DNA of 64,000 nt, taken from Chiloscyllium plagiosum. Its lineage: Eukaryota. Each line of letters begins with the position of its first letter. Position 1 is the first letter of the stretch. Under the pieces are notes generated by a model. It saw only the letters and a list, made by a program, of their open reading frames with translations, was not told where the DNA came from and did not search any database. Positions 1-11,414 of the stretch are shown here, in pieces. The stretch covers positions 14,652,276 to 14,716,275 of the forward strand of contig NC_057718.1 in the NCBI RefSeq assembly GCF_004010195.1. The letters run 5' to 3'. Made by a program: the position numbers and the translations under genes.

Positions 1-272
1 AACATAGAACATTACAGCGCAGTACAGGCCCTTTGGCCCTCGATGTTGCGCCGGTCCAAGTCCACCTAACCTACACTAGCCCACTATCTTCCATATGCCT
101 ATCCAATGCCCGCTTAAATGCCCATAATGAGGGAGAGTCCACCACTGCTACTGGCAGGGCATTCCATGAACTCACGACTCGCTGAGTAAAGAATCTACCC
201 CTAACATCTGTCCTATACCTACCACCCCTTAATTTAAAGCTATGCCCCCTCGTAATAGCTGACTCCATACGT
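1..272 (-). mobile_element. CR1-clade LINE 3' fragment (ORF2 C-terminus, 3' UTR and GTTCTAT-type tail)
   Basis: Minus-strand translation TRGHSFKLRGGRYRTDVRGRFFTQRVVSSWNALP is the typical CR1 ORF2 C-terminus; the tail reads aacatagaac at the window start. Confidence 0.9.
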
Positions 273-1229
273 GTCCTTGGGCCTCTATTGTTTGTAATTT
301 TCATTAATGACTTGGATAAGGGGATTGAAGGATGGGTCAGCAAGTTTGCAGATGACACAAAGGTTGGAGGTGTCATTGACAATATAGAGGGCTGTTGTAG
401 GTTGCAGCAGGACATTGACAGGATGCAGAGATGGGCTGAGAGGTGGCAGATGGAGTTCAACCTGGATAATTGCGAGGTGATGCATTTTGAAAGGTCGAAT
501 TTGAAAGCTGAGTACAGGATTAAGGATAGGATTCTTGGTAGTGTGGAGGAACAGAGGGATCTTGGGGTGCAGGTACATAGATCCCTTAAAATGGCCACCC
601 AAGTGGACAGGGTTGTTAAGAAAGCATATGGTGTTTTGGCTTTCATTAACAGGGTATTGAGTTTAAGAGTCGTGAGATCTTGTTGCAGCTCTATAAAACT
701 TTAGTTAGACCGCACTTGGAATACTGCGTCCAGTTCTGGTTACCCTATTATAAGAAAGATGTGGATGCTTTGGAGCAGGTTCAGAGGAGGTCTACCAGGA
801 TGCTGCCTGGACAAGAGGGCTTATCTTATAAGGAGAGGTTGACTGAGCTCGGACTTTTTTCATTGGAGAAAAGGAAGAGAAGAGGGGACCTAATTGAGGT
901 ATACAAGTTAATGAGAGGCATAGATAGAGTCGATAGCCAGAGACTAATTTCCCAGGGCAGAAATGACTAACACGAGGGATCATAGTTTTGAAGCTGGTTG
1001 GAGGAGAGTATAGAGGGGATGTCAGAGGGGGGTTCTTTACACAGAGAGTTGTGAGAGCATGAAATGCGTTGCCAGCAGCAGTTGTGGAGGCAGGGTCATT
1101 GGGGACATTTAAGAGACTCCTCGACATACATATGGTCACAGAAATTTGAGGGTGCATCATGAGGATCAGTGGTCGGCACAACATCGTGGGCTGAAGGGCC
1201 TGTTCTGTGCTGTAATGTTCTATGTTCTA
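273..1229 (+). mobile_element. CR1-clade LINE, 5'-truncated RT region and 3' end, frameshifted
   Basis: ORFs contain FINDLD..KFADDTK (RT catalytic motif) and LYKTLVRPHLEYCVQFW; ends in gttctatgttcta. Confidence 0.95.
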
Positions 1230-3042
1230 AAATGACATATAAGCACAGCTTTCCTGAAACCATTTAAAAACTACTTCCTTCTAATTAGCCTTTGGAATTA
1301 TTATAACTATGAAAGCTCAGGTAATGAAGGCTGATTAAACAAACACGAACAGCAAGCCCTGGATTGTTCTTCTTTCACTTTCTGTTCCCTCAGCAGTGTA
1401 ACTCAGAGAGTGAATTAACTGGACTGAACACACTGAAGCAATCTGAAAGGCACAAACACACCGGTGAACAAGCACTAGTTCAAATGCAAATGGCTCCTTG
1501 ACTGTGGGTCTAACTATATCTTTCTTTATTTGTAAATGATGGCAGGAAGGGGAGTGACTAGACCAGAGAAAGGGAAACGGGTGGGGAGGTGTGGGATACA
1601 GCCAACATTTGCTCTGGTCGTTTTTAACCCCTTAGCAATACCCCTGCCCTCGAATCAATGAATAACCTTCTGCTCACCCATCATCCCTTGTACACATTGA
1701 CTTTACAATGGCTCCCAGTCGGGCGACCCTCAATTTTAAAACTATTATCCTTGCTTTTAAATCCCTCCATGACTTTACCCCTCTCAATTTCCATAACCTC
1801 TTTCGACAAAGTTCCAAGATATTGGCACACCTCTAATTCTGGCCTTGTGCACATTACAAGAGACAGCATTCCACAAATAAGATAGAAAATAAAGGTCACA
1901 AGAGAGTCCGATCTCGAGCTTGATAAAACTCATGGATAGTGACTGGGAACTTAATGGGCTGGACTTGACAGCATGTGATCGAAGGACACTGACACAAAAT
2001 GCTGACTGCAGGTCAACCCATCATTTCTGCTCCTTAAAATTAAGAAAACTTGCATTTTCAGTGTTTTCTGTTTGTATACTTACATGTTTATCACCATATA
2101 ATCCTCTTATTAATTTGCACATGATTGTCATTTTAATGATTGTTTATAATGACGTGATGAATGATAATGACTTGTTTTCAGTGTACTGTCATCACAATTC
2201 GACAGCAACCCCATGATGAGCCATCAATCACACCGCTGCTGGCTATTATTCCAGCTGACCACCACCCCAGCCTGTGGACTTCCCTCCCTTAACCTTTTTA
2301 ACTTTGCAGTTAATTATGCACTCCAGTCCAACACTGACATCTCCAAATCATAAACCTTGACAATTCTGCAGTTGTTCTTCATTTAAGAAGTACTCAGCTT
2401 TTCAGTCTTCCTGCCAAAATGAACAATTTCATCTTTCCCCACACTCCATTCCATTTGCCAGATTCTTTTGTCCACCAGTCTTTTGGTCGTCTGTCCTAAT
2501 TCCTTGTGTGTCTTGGTGCCAAACGTGGTTTGCTAATATCTTGCAAAGTGCCTTGGGCCATCTTATTACAGTAAAAGCACTTTATAAAGACCCCCCCACC
2601 CTGCCTCAAACACCGCTTTGTTGGCGACAATCAAGCTTTCCAACTCTTTCCCTCAATTAACAGCAATCTATCCACCTCTGTCTTAAAAATATTCATTGAC
2701 TCCCACCTACACAGACTCGTGAGGCAGAGAGTTCCAAAGTCACATAATCTTCAGGGAAAAAAAAAACAATCTACTCACCTTTGTCTTGAAAGGTTGAATC
2801 CTAATTTTAAAATAGCAGCCTCTAGTTCTGAGCTGACCCACAAGAGGAAACGTCCCTTCCACCTCCATCTTGTCAAGACCGTTCAGGAATTTATATACTT
2901 CACCCCTCAACTCTTCTGAACTCTAGTGGAAAAAAGGCCAGCCTTTCCACCCATCCTCAGAACACAGGCCACACATTCCAGATAGCAATCTGGTAAACGT
3001 CCTCTGAACTACCTCTGATGCATTCACATCCTTCCTTAAACA

Positions 3043-3437
3043 AAGTTAAAAATCACACAACACCAGGTTATAGTGCAACAGGTTTATTTGGAAGCACACT
3101 AGCTTTCAGAGCGACGCTCCTTCATCAGGTGGTTGTGGAGCAGAATCATAAGAGACAGACTTTATAGCAACAGGATTTCAGTGTCTTGGAATTTAATGTT
3201 AAACAAATTTAACAAATTAAACAAACCAAACAAATTAAACAAATATTAAATTCCAAGACACTGTAATCCTGTTGCTATAAAGTCTGTCTCTTATGGTCCT
3301 GCTCCACAACCACCTGATGAAGGAGCGTCGCTCCGAAAGCTAGTTGTGCTTCCAAATAAACCTGTTGGACTATAACCTGGTTTTGTGTGATTTTTAACTT
3401 TGTACACCCCAGTCCAACACCGGCATCTCCACATCAC
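3043..3437. mobile_element. Palindromic Penelope-like terminal-repeat insertion with a hammerhead motif in each arm
   Basis: Inverted arms at about 3043-3196 and 3247-3401; 10-bp direct repeat tccttaaaca at 3033-3042 and 3438-3447. Confidence 0.8.
3311..3348 (+). ncRNA. Minimal type I hammerhead ribozyme motif (mirror copy on minus strand at about 3097-3131)
   Basis: CTGATGA (3314-3320), extra A, stem II GGAGC/GCTCC, GAAA (3335-3338), then GCTA giving palindromic AGCT stem III; predicted cut after 3342. Confidence 0.7.
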
Positions 3438-4429
3438 TCCTTAAACATCCCACTGGATTCGAGATGTGGTATCTCCAGAGCTCTGTAAAACTGAAGCAAA
3501 GCATCCTTACTTTTGGTTTGATTCCTCTCATGATAAAGGAGAGTATCTCATTAGCCTTCTTGATTACATGCTGACACTCATGCAGCAGTACACCTTCTGT
3601 GCCTCGGAATTCTGCAGTTGTTCTTCATTTAAGGAATACTAAGCGTTTTAGTCTCCTGCCAAAGTGAACAATTTCATCTTTCCCCACACCCTATTCCATT
3701 TGCTGGATTTTTTTGTCCACTCACTCAACTGATTTATTTCCTTTACAAATTCCTTAAGTCTTCTTCATGACATACTTGCCAAATCTTGATATTGTTTACA
3801 AATGGAGCTCCCATCCCTACACTCCCCTTATCTAAATCATTCAAATAAATTGTAAAATGTTGATGCCTCAGCACATCACATCGTGCCAATCAGACAAAGA
3901 CCTATTTATGCATACACTCTGTTTTCTGAAAGCCAGCCAGTCTTTGATCCATGCTAACACATTACCCTCTACACCAAGCTTTGATTTGGCACCTGAGCAA
4001 ACTCATGCTTGCAGTTTTTGAACTGCGCAGCTACAATCTCTTTAATGATCAATTCTAACATCTACCCCTCAACGTCAAGCTAACTGGTCCATAGCTTTCT
4101 GCCTCCCTCCCTTTTTGAATAGCGTGGTTATATTTGTTACTTCCGAGTCCATTGGAACCTTTCCTGAATCTTGGGAATTCTGGACAATTAATGCCATTAT
4201 CTCATTAGTCACCTCTTTTAAGATCCTATCTGGGCCAAAAGACTTGTCAGCTTGCAGTTCCATTAGTTAATACCATTTCCCTTATGATTATAATTCTCTC
4301 TTCCACCTCCAGATTTAAAGCTATCACTGCACTTGTTTTTTGTATCCACTACAGTGAAAGCAGAATCAAAATATTTATTAATTTCATCCACTATTTCCTT
4401 ACATTCTACTATTAACTCCCCATTCTCAC

Positions 4430-4657
4430 CCAGACCCATTCCCCTACATTTACCCCTTCACCTAACACTACGGGCAATTTAACACGGCCAATTCACCTAA
4501 CCTGCACATCTTTGGACTGTGGGAGGAAACCGGAGCACCCGGAGGAAACCCACGCAGACACGGGGAGAATGTGCAAACTCCACACAGTCAGTCGCCTGAG
4601 GCGGGAATTGAACCCGGGTCTCTGGCGCTGTGAGGCAGCAGTGCTAACCACTGTGCC
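4430..4657 (-). mobile_element. HE1-like tRNA-derived V-SINE, lacking its 3' tail
   Basis: Reverse complement reads ggcacagtggttagcactgctgcctcacagcgccagagacccgggttcaattccc (A/B boxes) followed by the V-domain gtgtggagtttgcacattctcccc. Confidence 0.9.
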
Positions 4658-4661
4658 TGTG

Positions 4662-5110
4662 GTTCTGCTTGTTCTCAAAGGTTCCATAACTTAGAGTGAC
4701 CTAACTTTGAATGTGGGATTTGGAAACCAACTGCGGGTTCCCGAGGTGGGAGTGGAAGAGTGGGCTGCGGATTGGATTCACACCCAGGACGGCCTCAATG
4801 ACATACCCAGTGGTGCAGTCATCAGGGAGATGGATCCTCTCCACTGGGTTCATAAAATTTCCATTGCTTGCCCAAGGTGCCATCTTCAGCGCCAATCCTT
4901 GGTTAATAAAAACCCAGCGCCTCCAGTGGCGAACCAGAAGAAGACAGATTTCATTTTGTTGTTGAGCAATTTTTCAGACGCTTTGATTGATCAATCCAGA
5001 CTGGGCTTTCTGACATAGACGTCCTGCGTTGGAGGGAAGCTTGACAGCAGATTCAACAAGGCGCGAACATTGACATAATTATCGTCGTCGACGTGGCAAA
5101 ACCACTTCAG
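4662..5110 (-). pseudogene. Processed pseudogene fragment of a fringe-family beta-1,3-N-acetylglucosaminyltransferase (manic fringe-like or lunatic fringe-like)
   Basis: Manual translation: [147 protein letters not shown]. Stops at 4991-4993 and 4701-4703, 1-nt deletion at about 4908; no introns. Confidence 0.95.
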
Positions 5111-5123
5111 AACGGGATGTGAC

Positions 5124-5430
5124 GTGGGCAGCACGGTGGTACAGTGGTTTGCACTGCTGCCTCACAGTGCCAGAGACCCGGGTTCAATTCCCACCTCAGG
5201 CGACTGTCTGTGTGGAGTTTGCACATTCTCCCCGTGTCTGCGTGGGTTTCCTCCAGGTGCTCCGGTTTCCTCCCACAGTCCAAAGATGTGCAGGTTAGGT
5301 GAATTGGCCATGCTAAATTGCCCGTAGTGTTAGATGTAGGGGAATGGGTCTGGGTGGGTTGTGCTTCAGAGGGTCGGTATGGACTTGTTGGGTCGAAGGG
5401 CCTGTTTCCACACTGTAAGTAATCTAATCA
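5124..5430 (+). mobile_element. HE1-like V-SINE, near full length
   Basis: tRNA-like head, V-domain, and CR1-like tail gggcctgtttccacactgtaagtaatctaatc. Confidence 0.92.
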
Positions 5431-6142
5431 ACACTCACTTTATTTCGTCTTTTCCTTTTTAACTACCTGGAGAAATTCTTGCTATTCTTTTTTACCTCAT
5501 TCTCTAATTTCTTCCTCTTTAATAAATTGTTAGTCATTCTCTGCTATTCTTTATATTCTGACCTGTCACTTGTCTTTGTATGTTATCTCCTTTATCTTCA
5601 AGTTTGTTGCATTTCTAAGCTCCTTTTTTTTTAACCACAGACACTGGGCCCTCTCTTTAGAATATTTCTTTATTGTCGGGATATTCTTGTTTCAAGCATT
5701 CCAAAATATCCCCTTAAATATCCTCTACAGTATCCACTGATCTATTTTCTAGCTTGGTAAGCCAATTCACCAGACAAGTTTAACTCTCGGGCCCACATAT
5801 TTGTCCTTACTTAGTTTAAAACGTTAGTCTTAGACCCAGTCTTCTCTCTTCCAAACTGGGATATAATACATTGATACCTAAGGTGCCTTAACTCTGATGC
5901 CGTTAACTAATCCTGTCATAATACAAATGCTAAGTCTGATATAACCTGCTGTCTGGTCAGTTTCAAACATGCTGGTTTAAGAAGCTATCTCAAAAGCATT
6001 CAATAAACTCCTCATTGAGGCTACCACTGCCAATCTGAGTTTCTCAGTTAAATGTACCCTATTTTCTTCCTGTATGTTTTATCCCACATTTTGGTTACCA
6101 TGAGGGGGCCTATAAGACCACTCCTACTTGCAACATTCTCTC

Positions 6143-6330
6143 GAAGGCGAAAGTGAGTAGTGTAGATGCTGGAGATTAGAGTTGAGAGTGTGGTGCTAGA
6201 AAAGCACAGCAGGTCAGGTAGCATCTGAGGAGCAGAAAAATCGATATTTCGGGCAAAAGCCCTCCATCAGGAATTCCTGCTCCTCGGATGCTGTCTGACC
6301 TGCTGTGCTTTTCCAGCACTACACCCGCGA
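6143..6330. mobile_element. Penelope-like terminal-repeat insertion (family A) with partial inversion and a decayed hammerhead
   Basis: Arm gaaaagcacagcaggtcagg is mirrored by tgacctgctgtgcttttcc; flanking repeat caacattc(t/c)ctc at 6131-6142 and 6331-6342. Confidence 0.75.
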
Positions 6331-7099
6331 CAACATTCCCTCTAAGCTGTGTGGCTGGGCATGTAGTCATTTCAAGGTTCCGTACACAGCGCTTGGTGTC
6401 AGCACACCGATCGCAGTGTTGATTTCCGGTTCTTTCCGAGAAGGACAAGGGCAGGAGATACATGGAACAGCACCACCTGTAAGCACCCCTCCAAGTTACT
6501 CACCATCCCGTCTTAGAAATATATTGCTGTTCTTTCAGTGTCGCTGGGTCAATATCCTGGAATTCCCTCCCTCGCAGTATTATGGGTTGACCTGTAGCAC
6601 ATGGACTGCAGTGGTTCAAGGAAGCAGCTCACCACCAGCTTCTCAAGGGATGGGCAATAAATGTTGGCCCAGCCAGTGATGCCCAGGTCCAACCAATTAA
6701 AAAATGCAATTATATGTTTGCACGTTCATATCAGAGGAGCAGTCAATATAGCTGAGGGTAATTGGGCTGGAGGGATCCCAGAGAAAGGGATGAGGAGAAA
6801 ATAAAAAGGGGATGGGGTGACCCCATGGAGGGGTTTGGAAACAAGGATTTTATGATTGAGACATTGCGGGACCTGCAACCAAAAAGGATCAATGAGCCAA
6901 GCAGGAGATGGATGTGTGCGACTTGAGTGGAATAGATACAGGTAGCTGAGGTTTGCTGAATTCAGGTTACATTGGATAGATTCTGGGAAACTGGCCAACA
7001 CAACATCAGAATAATCGAGATGTGTCTGCTACACAATGTGTTGCAATCAAAACCAGACTGCACCCATATCTGCATGTGAACACTTCGAACAAAGATTGC

Positions 7100-8230
7100 A
7101 AAGTAGCAGCCAGTGAAATCTTCACATAAAAAGTCTACATATCTCCCCTTAATGTTATTGTTACTGAATATCACAATATCAACAGCCGGGGGATTTAGCA
7201 GTACTCAGAAACTGAACTGGACTAGCCATATACATTCCATGACTTTGAGAGCAGGCCAGAGATTGGAAACCCTGTGGCAAATAACTCACCTCCTGGTTCT
7301 CCAAATATTATCTACACGGCACATGTCCGGAGTGTGAGGAAATAAGTTTTGCTTGCCTGGATCAATGTAGGTCCAAAAGCACTCAAGAACTCAACAGCAT
7401 TTGGGATCAAGCAGCACACTTGATTGGCAACCCATCCACCAAGTTCAACATTCACTCCCTTCACCATTGATGCACAGTAGCAGCGATGTGTACCATCTAC
7501 AAGGTGTATTGCAGAAGTTAAGCAAGGCTCTTTCAACAGTACCTTCTGAAACTGAATCTCTCCCTCTAGAAGGACAAGGGCAGCAGGTACATAAGGACAT
7601 CACCACCTGCAAGTTTCTCTCCAAGATACACATCATCCTGATTTGGAAATATATCACTATTCATTCACGAATATTGGGCCAAACTCCTAGAATTTACTCC
7701 CTAACAGTCCCATATGTGTACCCGTACCAAAACGGCAGCAGTTTCATGGAGATGTACAGCACGGAAACAGACTCTTCAGTCCACCTTGTCCATGCTGACC
7801 AGATACCCTAAATTTATCTAATTCCATTTGCCAGCATTTGGCCCATACCCCTCTAAACCCTTCCTATACATGTACTCACCCAGATGCTTTTTAAATGTTG
7901 TAATTGTGTCAGCTTCCACCATTTTCTCTGGCAGCTTACACCATCCTTTGCATAAAAACGTTGCCCCTTAGGGTTCTTTTTAAACCTTTCCCCTCTCACC
8001 TTAAACCTATGCCCTCTCGTTTTAGACTCCCCCACCCTGGGGTAAAGATGTTGGCAATTCACCCCATCCATGCCCCTCATGATTTTCTAAAGTCATCCCT
8101 CAGCCTCCAATACTCCAGGGAAAATAGCCCCAGCCTATTCAGTGGTTCAAGAGGGCAGCTCACCATCATCTTGTTAATGGCAGTTAGGGATGGATGATAA
8201 ATACTGTTCTAAATAGGGATGCCCGCTTCC
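7100..8230 (+). mobile_element. Decayed L2/CR1-superfamily LINE 3' part, interrupted by a CR1 3' fragment (7744-8142, minus)
   Basis: Shares the aggacaagggcagcag...caccacctgcaagtt block and tail with copies at about 6440-6705, 48570-48840 and 59380-59860. Confidence 0.65.
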
Positions 8231-9274
8231 AGTCAAATAAGTTTTAAAAAATGGTCTTTCTAACCCAAACTCAGAGGTACTGAGGCAAATTGTAACTTTC
8301 TCCACCGAGCCTTTCAATAGCCGTGTTGACTTGCTGGCTCAGTAAACTCTTTGATGCATATAACTCAGCATCCCTTCCCCATTTCTGAGCTATCACCGGA
8401 ACCCATGGTAACACCCCTTGGGTGGGATACAGACTGAAGGAGACAGGCAAGGGTCAAGCTTGCCTTACTCAAAATGATGTCTGTGATAACTAAATATAGT
8501 CAGGTGACACTCCCTCTGGGCTTCTGACCTATCAAAGACCGGAACAAATCCCAGCTTTTACTGGAATGTTTCTTGATTACTTGAAGCATTTAATAGCACC
8601 ATCATTCCTGAAGCAGCTCAGCTCAGTCCCAAGGACTTCATGTTTTTTTTTTGAAGATCTTTATTCAAGTTACATTCAATGATGCAGAGGGAATAGAAAA
8701 TGTCACAGATTTCTTGGAAATAGTGATGAAGCTGCAAACCAATTATTTTGATAAAGCGAAAAGGCATTAATTTGAATAATTTATTCTGACAGTCACCAGC
8801 CAAGCTGCCCTCGCATTCTTCCAAGAGACAAATTTAACCCGTGTATAAATCTTCAAATTTCATCTGGAGACAATTGGCAGAGAGCGGTTCAGGGCTGGAG
8901 ATGGGAGTGAGGGGAAGCTGAAGATTAGAGCTGTAGCTTATGTGGGCTGTGGTTAGTTAGAGAAAGGTCACATCCAGTTAACTATTCCACTCAGGAATTG
9001 TACAACCGTCTGCTAAAATGTAGGTAGGTGGAGCAGAGAATGAAGAGGTTGTATGATGTCAGCAATAGCCTCCCAGCCTCTGAGGCAGAAGCTAAGGACT
9101 CCAGTCCCACTCCAGGAAGGTGTATTCAGACATGAAACAACAGGGTCATGAGTATCAATCCTTACAGTCCTTACATGACTCACCACTGGCAGGTGGTAAG
9201 AATGAGTGAGAGTCCTAGTTAGCCACTCTGCCATTACTACCCATAGTTCCAAGTTGCAACAGGCATGGAGAAGC

Positions 9275-9775
9275 CATAGAGTCATAGAGATGTACAGCAC
9301 AGAAACAGACCCTTCGGTCCAACCTGTCCATGCCAACCAGATGTCCCAACCAATCGAGTCCCACCTGCCAGCACCCGGCCCATATCCCTCCAAACCCTTC
9401 CTATTCATATACCCATCCAAATGTCTCTTAAATGTTGCAATTGTACCAACCTTCACCACTTCCTCTGGCAGCTCATTCCATACACGTACCACCCTCTGTG
9501 TGAAAAAGTCCCCCCTTAAGTCTCTTTTATATCTTTCCCCTCTCACCCTATACCTATGCCCTTTAGTTCTGGACGCCCCGACCCCAGGGAAAAGACTTTG
9601 TCTATTTATCCTATCCTTGCCCTTCATGATTTTATAAACCTCAATAAGGTCACCCCTCAGCCTCCGATGCTCCAGGGAAAACAGCCCCAGCCTGCTCAGC
9701 CTCTCCCTATAGCTCAAATCCTCCAACCCTGGCAACATCCTTGTGAATCTTTTCTGAACCCTTTCAAGTTTCACA
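9275..9775 (-). mobile_element. CR1/HER1-like LINE 3' fragment, little diverged
   Basis: Open frame VKLERVQKRFTRMLPGLEDLSYRERL...FFTQRVVRVWNELP; CTATGA-type tail. Confidence 0.95.
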
Positions 9776-10905
9776 GTGTATGTGGTGACGGCAGTGTATG
9801 ATCCCCAGGGTGAATTGTAACACACCACTGCCATTTGGGATAAGCTTGGGCTGCTGCAGAGCAGAAGTGATATGTTGATGGATAACTTCCTGGATTTTCT
9901 TGCCAATTTGACCTTGGTTACAGTACCTCTTTACCAGGCTGCAGTCAGCTGGAGTGGCTGAATTTGGTTTGTAAATAGTCATTTGGTCATACAGAACTTG
10001 AGTTGTAAGAAATGACCCATTTTGTTGAAGCTTTTTGTCCTGCACTCATTAGGACAACTTGCAAGAAGAAGAGTAAACCTGACATTGACACTGCATGAGA
10101 GGTGAGGCCTGATTGGATGGCGAGTGAACTCTGATAGGTTGGGTGTTGTCACAGGGAAATGCACTCATTTTTAAGGATTGACAGTTAATTGTTGGGCATT
10201 CAGTACAATTTAAACCAGGCAGTTTCACTCTGATTGGTCAGGGATTTAGCCTGAGAAAAGAACCAGCAAACAGCTGTTATCTATTTAGTTGAGTTAAAAT
10301 AGACACAGTGCATGTAGGTGTTCTCTCTGCCCGCAAGGTACAGAGCCATGAGTATTAATATTTGTAACTTCTGATGCATGCAAATGCTCCATGCTGCAAG
10401 CGTAACTAACGCACTCGGTGTTATCTAGCAAATGCTGTCCAGTTGCAGAATCACACCTCTAATACTGGCCACGGAGTTATGAGCAGGTTTCAGTCAGTAC
10501 CTTGTGTACTGTGAACAGCGTGAGGTATACCCTGTTTCATACAATCCGCCAGCAGGATCGGGATACTCTCTCTTATTGATTACTGCAAACCTAGGGCCCT
10601 CACCCTGGTGCGACCCATTTCCCCGCAACTCTGCATCACCCCTTCCAGAATCTGAGGTGATTGGGCAGGGCGGAGAGAAACTGCTCCCTGTGACAGAAAG
10701 TTCAGGAACTAGAGAGCCCAGTTTAAAGTGACTGGAAAAGAAGCAATGGTGACATGAGGAAAAATCTATTTCACTGAGCAAGGTTAGGATTTGAAATGCA
10801 TTGTATTCTTTGGCAAATAGAATTAACGAGAATCCAAAGAGTTTTTACAACTACATTAAGGACAAAAGGGTAACCAGGGAGAGAATAGGGCCCCTCAAAG
10901 ATCAG

Positions 10906-11050
10906 AGCTGAAAATGTGTTGCTGGAAAAGCGCAGCAGGTCAGGCAGCATCCAAGGAACAGGAGAATCGACGTTTCAGGCATGAGCCCTTCTTCAGGAAT
11001 CCAGCAACACATTTTCAGCTCTGATCTCCAGCATCTGCAGTTCTCACTTT
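10906..11050. mobile_element. Penelope-like family A insertion nested in CR1
   Basis: Direct repeat cccctcaaagatcag at 10891-10905 and 11051-11065; minus-strand core CTGAAGA-a-GGGC-TCAT-GCCT-GAAACGTC. Confidence 0.8.
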
Positions 11051-11414
11051 CCCCTCAAAGATCAGCAAGGCGGCCTTTGTGTGGAGCCACAGAAAATGGG
11101 GGAGATACGGCCTTTGTGTGGAGCCACAGAAAATGGGGGAGATACTAAACGAGTATTTCACATCAGTGTTTACTGTGGAAAAGGATATGGAAGATATAAA
11201 ATGTAGGGAAATAGATGGTGACACCTTGCAAAATGTCCATATTACAGAGGAAGAAGTGCTGGATGTCTTGAAACGCATAAAGGTGGATAAATCCCCAGGA
11301 CCTGATCAAGTGTACCCTAGACCTCTGTGGGAAGCTAGAGAAGGGATTGCTGGGCCTCTTGCTGAGATATTTGTATCATCGATAGTCACAGGTGAGGTGC
11401 CGGAAGACTGGAGG

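Larger units (their letters stand above)
2640..6130 (-). mobile_element. Old, decayed CR1-like LINE hosting nested insertions (Penelope-like palindrome, two SINEs, fringe retrocopy)
   Basis: Remnant peptide ADKSFGPDRILKEV...NITTLFKKGGRQK (4075-4263) and CR1-like sequence continuing on both sides of the inserts. Boundaries approximate. Confidence 0.7.

Noticed and set aside
5124..5200. tRNA-like A/B boxes
   Set aside because: These are SINE heads followed by V-domain and LINE tail, not tRNA genes; the same applies to all other copies.
9013..9906. 297-aa ORF with a signal-peptide-like start
   Set aside because: The core is a CR1 3' fragment; the flanks are chance read-through with no recognisable homology.
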